Part shown: piece by piece, positions 27,033 to 33,135 of the stretch
Numbering within the stretch: position 1 is the first letter of the stretch
Layout of the letters: each line of letters opens with the position of its first letter
NCBI GenBank assembly: GCA_902773085.1
Contig: CACYDF010000095.1
Location: forward strand, 1 to 33,135
DNA: 33,135 bases
Direction: 5' to 3'
Origin: an uncultured Erysipelotrichaceae bacterium
GTDB taxonomy: Bacteria; Bacillota_I; Bacilli_A; RFN20; CAG-288
Made by a program: the position numbers and the translations under genes
The notes under the pieces: generated by a model
Database searches by the model: none
Told to the model about the DNA's origin: nothing
Seen by the model: the letters and a program-made list of their open reading frames with translations, nothing else

Positions 27033-29867
27033 ATGGGAAATAATAGTGATATTAAAGTCATCGGAGCTAGAGAGAATAACTTAAAAAACTTGAGTGTTTC
27101 TTTCCCAAAGAACAAATTAGTAGTTTTTTCTGGAGTTAGTGGATCAGGAAAATCCACCCTTGCTTTTGATACTATTTTTGCTGAAGGTCAAAGAAGATAT
27201 GTCGAATCTCTTTCTTCTTATGCACGAATGTTCTTAGGCGACTTTACTAAACCTGATGTTGACTCAATTGAAGGATTATCTCCTGCAATTAGTATTGATC
27301 AAAGAACAACAAGTCATAATCCTCGTTCAACAGTAGGTACAGTAACAGAAATATATGATTATTTAAGATTATTATATGGAAGAATTGGCATAGCTTATTG
27401 TCCACATCATAATATTAAAATTGAAGCTTCTTCAATTCAAAAGATATTTAATATTGTAAAATCTAATAAAGAAAATGAGATAGTTGAAATCTATGCACCA
27501 GCTGTAAGGCACGAAAAAGGTACACATGTAGATACTTTGAAGAAATATTTTGCAGCAGGCTTTTATAATGCCAAAATAGATGATAAACCTACTCAAAGAT
27601 ATGAATCTATTCCACTACTTGAAAAAAATAACAAACATACTATTTCTTTTTGTATTGATAAATTTAAGATTAGTGAAGATAATAATGATCGTTTATTTGA
27701 AGCTCTTCGTTCTGCTTTAGATTTTGCAAATGGCTATGTAAGTGTTGTCGTGAATGGCAAAGAGACTTTATTTTCTGAACATATGTCATGTCCAGAATGC
27801 GGTTATTCTATTCCTAAACTAGAACCAAGACTATTTTCTTTTAATAATCCACTTGGATGTTGTCCTGAATGCAAAGGCCTTGGAGTAAAGATAGAAGCCG
27901 ATCCAAATTTAATGATTACTGATGAAGAACTTAGTATTGATGAAGGTGCAATTGGATGTTTACCAAAACACAATCATGAGACAATTGAATGGAATGATTT
28001 TTATGCTGTTTTATCTAAATACAAGATCCCTACAAAAGTGCCATATAAAAACCTTACAAAAGAACAAAAAGAAATTGTTATTTATGGACCAAAAGAACCG
28101 GTTAGATATGTCATGACTTCAAGAAATGAATCTAAGTTAAATAAACTTGTTACTGAGGGACTCAAGGCAAGAATCGATAGATTATATTACACAACAAAAA
28201 GTGAATTTATGAAATCTTATTATGGTTCATTTATGTCTGAAACTACTTGTACTTTATGTCATGGTGCAAGACTATCAGAACAAGTTCTTTCAATCAAAGT
28301 TGGCGGACTAAATATTTATGAGCTTTGTTCACTATCTTTAAATAAGGCTTATGAATTTTTTGATACTTTAAAATTAACTAAGATGGAAGAAGAAATTTCT
28401 AGACTAATTATCAGTGAAATTAAAAATAGATTAAAATTCTTAATTGATGTAGGACTTGAGTATCTTACTCTTGCAAGAAATGCTTCAACTCTCTCTGGTG
28501 GAGAAGCTCAAAGAATTAGACTTGCAACTCAAATTGGATCAAAACTATCAGGTGTCTTATATGTCCTTGATGAACCTAGTATCGGTCTTCACCAAAGAGA
28601 TAATGATAAACTAATTTCAACTTTAAAAGAAATGAGAGATTTAGGAAATTCCTTAATTGTAGTTGAACATGATGAGGATACAATTCTAAGTGCAGATTAT
28701 ATTGTTGATATCGGTCCAAAAGCTGGTGATAGTGGAGGCGAAGTTGTCTTTTCTGGGACTCCAAAAGAGCTTGCCTCTTGTACTAAATCTTTAACAGCTG
28801 ATTACATTACTGGAAAGAAAATTATTAACTCTCCCAAGACAAGAAGAAGTTCAAATCAGTATATAAAAATCATTGGGGCAAAACAGAACAATTTAAAGAA
28901 TATAGATGTTAAATTTCCAACCTCTTGTTTAACTGTTGTTACTGGTGTATCAGGCTCTGGTAAGTCATCCTTAGTTGAAGAAATTTTATATAAAAATGTT
29001 AAATTAAAACTCGGCCAAAAAGTTACTCATCCAGGAGACTGTACAAAGGTCGAAGGGACTAACTACATAACAAAGATAGTTAACGTAACTCAAGAACCTA
29101 TCGGAAGAACGCCAAGAAGCAATCCGGCAACTTATATAAAAGTTTTTGATGATATACGTGTTTTATTTGCTTCTCTTTTCGATGCAAAAACAAAAGGAAT
29201 TACTTCAACAATGTTCTCTTTTAATATGCCTGGTGGAAGATGTGAAGCATGTCAAGGTGCAGGAATAAAAAGAATACCAATGAACTTCCTTCCTGATGTC
29301 TATGTGACTTGTGATGTATGCAATGGAAAAAGATATTCTGATGATGTTCTTTCTGTTAGATATAAAGGGAAAAATATTTCTGATGTTCTTAATCTTAGGG
29401 CAAGTGCAGCTCTTGAACTTTTTGCATCCCATCCATCTATAAAAAGCAAACTTCAAACTTTAGTTGATGTAGGTTTAGGTTACATTCAACTTGGTCAATC
29501 ATCAACTACTCTTTCTGGTGGAGAAGCACAAAGGGTTAAACTTGCTTATGAACTACAAAAATCAAATGACGGAACAACTTTATATATTCTTGATGAACCA
29601 ACTACTGGACTTCATCCTTATGATATAGCTAAGCTTATTGAAGTACTAAATAGATTAGTCGATAAAGGAAATACTGTTGTAGTAATTGAACACAATCTTG
29701 ATGTAATTAAATGTGCAGATTATATTGTTGACCTTGGAAAAGAAGGTGGAGATAATGGAGGTCAGTTAATCTTTGAAGGAACGCCTGATAAGATTGTTAA
29801 CTGCGAAGATTCTTACACTGGTCAATACTTAAAACGAGAACTTAAAAAACCAAAATATAAACATTAA
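27033..29867 (+). CDS. uvrA: excinuclease ABC subunit A
   Basis: Two GVSGSGKS Walker A motifs, LSGGEAQR twice, zinc fingers and GRTPRSNPATY. Confidence 0.98.
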   Translation: MGNNSDIKVIGARENNLKNLSVSFPKNKLVVFSGVSGSGKSTLAFDTIFAEGQRRYVESLSSYARMFLGDFTKPDVDSIEGLSPAISIDQRTTSHNPRSTVGTVTEIYDYLRLLYGRIGIAYCPHHNIKIEASSIQKIFNIVKSNKENEIVEIYAPAVRHEKGTHVDTLKKYFAAGFYNAKIDDKPTQRYESIPLLEKNNKHTISFCIDKFKISEDNNDRLFEALRSALDFANGYVSVVVNGKETLFSEHMSCPECGYSIPKLEPRLFSFNNPLGCCPECKGLGVKIEADPNLMITDEELSIDEGAIGCLPKHNHETIEWNDFYAVLSKYKIPTKVPYKNLTKEQKEIVIYGPKEPVRYVMTSRNESKLNKLVTEGLKARIDRLYYTTKSEFMKSYYGSFMSETTCTLCHGARLSEQVLSIKVGGLNIYELCSLSLNKAYEFFDTLKLTKMEEEISRLIISEIKNRLKFLIDVGLEYLTLARNASTLSGGEAQRIRLATQIGSKLSGVLYVLDEPSIGLHQRDNDKLISTLKEMRDLGNSLIVVEHDEDTILSADYIVDIGPKAGDSGGEVVFSGTPKELASCTKSLTADYITGKKIINSPKTRRSSNQYIKIIGAKQNNLKNIDVKFPTSCLTVVTGVSGSGKSSLVEEILYKNVKLKLGQKVTHPGDCTKVEGTNYITKIVNVTQEPIGRTPRSNPATYIKVFDDIRVLFASLFDAKTKGITSTMFSFNMPGGRCEACQGAGIKRIPMNFLPDVYVTCDVCNGKRYSDDVLSVRYKGKNISDVLNLRASAALELFASHPSIKSKLQTLVDVGLGYIQLGQSSTTLSGGEAQRVKLAYELQKSNDGTTLYILDEPTTGLHPYDIAKLIEVLNRLVDKGNTVVVIEHNLDVIKCADYIVDLGKEGGDNGGQLIFEGTPDKIVNCEDSYTGQYLKRELKKPKYKH

Positions 29868-29967
29868 TCTTTCTTCCTTTTTTATATTTATATCTTTGTT
29901 ATTTTTAACTTTAAAAAAAGACTAGAAAATAATAAAATATATATGTTGATACATAGGAGGAAATAAT

Positions 29968-30678
29968 ATGTCAACTCCACATAATACAGCCAAGGTAGGC
30001 GAAATCGCAAAAACAGTTTTAATGCCTGGGGATCCACTCAGAGCAAAGTTTGTTGCCGAACATTATTTAAAAGATGTTAAGCAAGTAAATGAAGTTAGAA
30101 ACATGTATGCATTCACTGGTACTTACAAAGACAAAAAAGTTACCATTATGGGACATGGTATGGGTATACCATCAATAGGTATATATGCATACGAACTTTA
30201 CACTCATTACAAAGTCGATCGTATCATTAGATTCGGAACTGCAGGAAGTATGGACAAGGACTTAGATTTATTTGATATTGTTATTGCTTCTGGTGCAAGC
30301 AGCAATTCTAATTTCTTAGCCCAGTTTAATATTCCAGATAATGGACATGTTTCAGCTGTTGCTAATTATGATTGTTTAGTTACTGCTGTTGAAAGTGCTA
30401 AAAAACATAAATTTAAATACAAAGTAGGGCAAGTCCTTTCTTCTGATTTCTTCTATAATCATCCAAAAGAAAAATGGGAACAATATGCAAAGATGGGTTG
30501 TCTTTGTACTGAAATGGAAACTTACGCATTATATTTAATTGCTCAATCATTACAAAAAGAAGCTTTAGCTGTCTTAACAATGTCTGATAGTTTAATTACA
30601 CATAAAGAAACTACACCACAAGAAAGACAAACTGGCTTCTCAAATATGATGGAAGTTGCCTTAGATTGCATTAAATAG
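29968..30678 (+). CDS. deoD: purine nucleoside phosphorylase (DeoD type)
   Basis: MSTPH, VLMPGDPLRA, GHGMGIPS and EME. Confidence 0.96.
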   Translation: MSTPHNTAKVGEIAKTVLMPGDPLRAKFVAEHYLKDVKQVNEVRNMYAFTGTYKDKKVTIMGHGMGIPSIGIYAYELYTHYKVDRIIRFGTAGSMDKDLDLFDIVIASGASSNSNFLAQFNIPDNGHVSAVANYDCLVTAVESAKKHKFKYKVGQVLSSDFFYNHPKEKWEQYAKMGCLCTEMETYALYLIAQSLQKEALAVLTMSDSLITHKETTPQERQTGFSNMMEVALDCIK

Positions 30679-30697
30679 TCATATTTAAGGTCAAAAA

Positions 30698-31360
30698 GTG
30701 AAAATATTCCTTTTTATATTAGTTACTTTTGTAGTGCTTGCTATTTTAATAGCCTTACTTTTCTTTTTTGAAATAAGAACTATATATGAAAAGAAGAATT
30801 TTTCAAATATTGTCTATCGTCGATTAAATTTTCTTGCTGAAGACTGTGATTATCTCCTTTTAAATGGGGTAAAACTTAATCTTGACCCAACAACTAATAA
30901 AGTTACAACATTCCACCACGTGCTTTTTGCAGATAAATATATCTATATTATTCAAGATGTATTTCTAGAAGGTGGTATTAGTGGAACTTATGAAGATACT
31001 TATCTAACTATTAAAGATAAAAAGAATGAACATTCAGCAAAACTAAATAACTTTCTTCTAGAACAAAGATCTAATATTGAAATGCTTGCTAGAAAGCTGC
31101 AAATTGATCCAGAAGAAAGTTTTTTATTTAATATTGTCGTATATAACTCTGATTTAATTGTTTCTCCTAATCTTCAAAGAAGAGAATACTGTGAATGGTT
31201 TATACCTCTTAGAGAACTAATTAAGCTTATTAAACTATCTGAAAAAGATGGAATAAAAGCCTTGAAGAAAGAAGCAAGTAAGTTTATATTCGACACATTA
31301 AAAGATAGCAGTGATACTCTCAAATCATATCAGAATATCGAATACCCCAAAGTTAACTAA
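30698..31360 (+). CDS. membrane-anchored NERD-like domain protein
   Basis: N-terminal TM helix followed by YLLLNGVKL...FHHVLFADKYIYIIQ...GGISG, which resembles a NERD fold. Confidence 0.6.
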   Translation: MKIFLFILVTFVVLAILIALLFFFEIRTIYEKKNFSNIVYRRLNFLAEDCDYLLLNGVKLNLDPTTNKVTTFHHVLFADKYIYIIQDVFLEGGISGTYEDTYLTIKDKKNEHSAKLNNFLLEQRSNIEMLARKLQIDPEESFLFNIVVYNSDLIVSPNLQRREYCEWFIPLRELIKLIKLSEKDGIKALKKEASKFIFDTLKDSSDTLKSYQNIEYPKVN

Positions 31361-31378
31361 TTTTGGTAGAATATAAAC

Positions 31379-32683
31379 GTGAATAGAAAAGATATTTTAA
31401 CTAAGATTAATAAACGCAAAAAAGAACTAAATAAGAAAGAAGTTTTTTCCACTTTTTTACTTTTGCTTTTACCAAGTTTATTAGTTACTCTTATCTTTTC
31501 TGTTATTATTGGATTAGTTATTTACGCATGGTATGTATCGCTTGTATTTTTGATGATTATTGCTCTTGTTTTACCTATGTTTTATGTAGTTGAAAAAAGA
31601 GTACGAACAAGCATCTATAAAGTCGGTAAAAAAAACTTCAATTATGTTGATGGATATTCTTCGTTTTTTGCTAATAAACAACTAGGATTATTTGGTGTTA
31701 TAACTTCTTTATCCTACGCAATAATGTTAGGCCTTTTAGTCTATTTAATTTTCTATCGTTACTTTGACCTTTTCTGTTCTCCTTTTACTGGTGCAAGTGA
31801 AGCATATGAAAAAATTCTTACTGCACTTCAAAGTGAAACTACTAATAGCACAGTTGATATAATCACTACAAATATTCCTTCTTTAATTAAACCCGGAATT
31901 GTTTATTTTAGTACAATCTTTTTCTTACCATTATTCTTTATAATTTTCTTTTTCTTTAATAATAATTTATCCGATCATTATCTAGCTACTGTAGTTCTTC
32001 CTGATATTGATTTGAATCTTACTGCAGCTCAATCAAGAGGACTGTCAAAGGCTAGTTTTAAAAAATACATTAGAAGAAATCTTCCTACCCTTAGGCTAAT
32101 AACTTCCTGGCCAATATATGTATCATTTATTTTAGTCTATGTTGGTTTAACATTTCTCTTTGTTTCTTTTTCATACACTAATATTACTAATATATTTTTG
32201 GCTTTAATCCTAGTTTGTATTGTCCCAATAGTTTCTCTATTTTTGGGACTGCTTCTCAACTATGAATGTTTAATAAATGAATATATTATTGTTGATGAAC
32301 TTTCTGTTCTTTTACATTCTGCTCTGCCAAAAGCAATTAAAGATAGTATAAGACTGACTTATAAAAATCCTGGTTATGTTCATGGTGAAGAATCTGTTAT
32401 TAAAGGCGAGTTTTTCCCAGAAGATAACTATGTTTTTTCTTCTACCAACTTGAACAATAGTAATGCAAATGCTACAAAACAAGAGACATATAATGCTTAT
32501 ACAGATAAAGAAGATGTCAAAGGTGGAGTATTTGATTTTTCAGATGTAATAAAAGAAAAGAAAGATGATACTCAAATTGTTAAACCAAAAGTTATTAATC
32601 CAAAAAATGCTAAAAAAACTCTAAATAAAAAAACAAATAAAACAACTAAGACTCCGCAAAAAAAGACTACTAAAAAGGAGTAA
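31379..32683 (+). CDS. hypothetical polytopic membrane protein with a Lys/Thr-rich tail
   Basis: About 6 TM segments; C-terminus KKTLNKKTNKTTKTPQKKTTKKE. Confidence 0.7.
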   Translation: MNRKDILTKINKRKKELNKKEVFSTFLLLLLPSLLVTLIFSVIIGLVIYAWYVSLVFLMIIALVLPMFYVVEKRVRTSIYKVGKKNFNYVDGYSSFFANKQLGLFGVITSLSYAIMLGLLVYLIFYRYFDLFCSPFTGASEAYEKILTALQSETTNSTVDIITTNIPSLIKPGIVYFSTIFFLPLFFIIFFFFNNNLSDHYLATVVLPDIDLNLTAAQSRGLSKASFKKYIRRNLPTLRLITSWPIYVSFILVYVGLTFLFVSFSYTNITNIFLALILVCIVPIVSLFLGLLLNYECLINEYIIVDELSVLLHSALPKAIKDSIRLTYKNPGYVHGEESVIKGEFFPEDNYVFSSTNLNNSNANATKQETYNAYTDKEDVKGGVFDFSDVIKEKKDDTQIVKPKVINPKNAKKTLNKKTNKTTKTPQKKTTKKE

Positions 32684-32686
32684 ATT

Positions 32687-33135
32687 ATGGATAGAGAAAA
32701 TTACATTGACTCTTATCTAAATGGCCACTTACCAAATGCGTTTGAATTCTTTGGAGCCCATAAAATGAAACAGGGTGGAAAAGATGGTTATGTCTTTAGA
32801 GTGTATGCACCTCTTGCACAAGAAGTTGATGTCATTGGTGATTTTAATTCTTGGGATCCAGGCAAAGGCAAGATGGAAAAAATAGATTATCGAGGAATAT
32901 ATGAACTATTTATTCCTGGAGTAAAAGAAGGTGAAAGATACAAATTCCATATCCTTGGTTGTGATAACTTTTGGAAAGACAAACTTGACCCATATGCTTT
33001 TAGAAATGAGAGCACTGAGTTTAGATGTTCATCAGTTGTTGATATTACTTCAATCAAAATTGATGATAAAGAATTCATTTCAAAAAGAGATCGAAACTTT
33101 AATAAACCTATATCAATTTATGAGTTCCATTTTGG
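32687..33135 (+). CDS. glgB: 1,4-alpha-glucan branching enzyme (5' part; runs off the window)
   Basis: AAGGAG RBS; MDRENYIDSYLNG...FFGAH, FRVYAPLAQEVDVIGDFNSWD, DKLDPYAF and PISIYEFHF. Confidence 0.9.
   Translation, partial: MDRENYIDSYLNGHLPNAFEFFGAHKMKQGGKDGYVFRVYAPLAQEVDVIGDFNSWDPGKGKMEKIDYRGIYELFIPGVKEGERYKFHILGCDNFWKDKLDPYAFRNESTEFRCSSVVDITSIKIDDKEFISKRDRNFNKPISIYEFHF

Noticed and set aside
143-33078. Many short ORFs nested in or antisense to long genes (e.g. 143-385, 6589-6885, 12872-13219, 14338-14658, 17171-17497, 32887-33078)
   Set aside because: Shadow frames of well-supported genes, with no motifs or RBS.
1-33135. Alternative genetic code (TGA=Trp) given the Mollicutes-like composition
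   Set aside because: Long genes are intact under code 11, TGA terminates cdsA and dxr at gene overlaps, and conserved Trp residues use TGG.

Overview
A very AT-rich chromosomal window from a low-GC Bacillota (Bacilli/Mollicutes-like). It uses genetic code 11, since TGA is a stop and TGG encodes Trp. The housekeeping backbone is cdsA-dxr-rseP, yebC, priA, fprA, thyA-folA, rnj, two fused ABC ATPase/permease genes, an alpha/beta hydrolase, uvrA, deoD and the 5' end of glgB. An accessory block of about 6.7 kb lies between rseP and yebC. It carries a membrane-anchored XRE/Zn-finger regulator, a large lipoprotein, a small serine recombinase, an internally deleted Fic gene, an AbiEi/AbiEii type IV toxin-antitoxin pair and a frameshifted rhomboid. 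The most striking signal is a near-consensus sigma70 promoter (TTGATA-N17-TATAAT, 3779-3807) enclosed by two inverted 26-bp hix/res-like dyad sites (3721-3746 and 3826-3851). A third related site sits upstream of the recombinase (7163-7188). Together these suggest a recombinase-driven ON/OFF switch, or an excisable cassette, for the regulator-lipoprotein operon. A second scar next to priA holds a collapsed AAA_14/DUF4143 ATPase gene preceded by three 16-bp direct repeats at an exact 33-bp period. All calls come from reading the sequence by eye; no searches were run.
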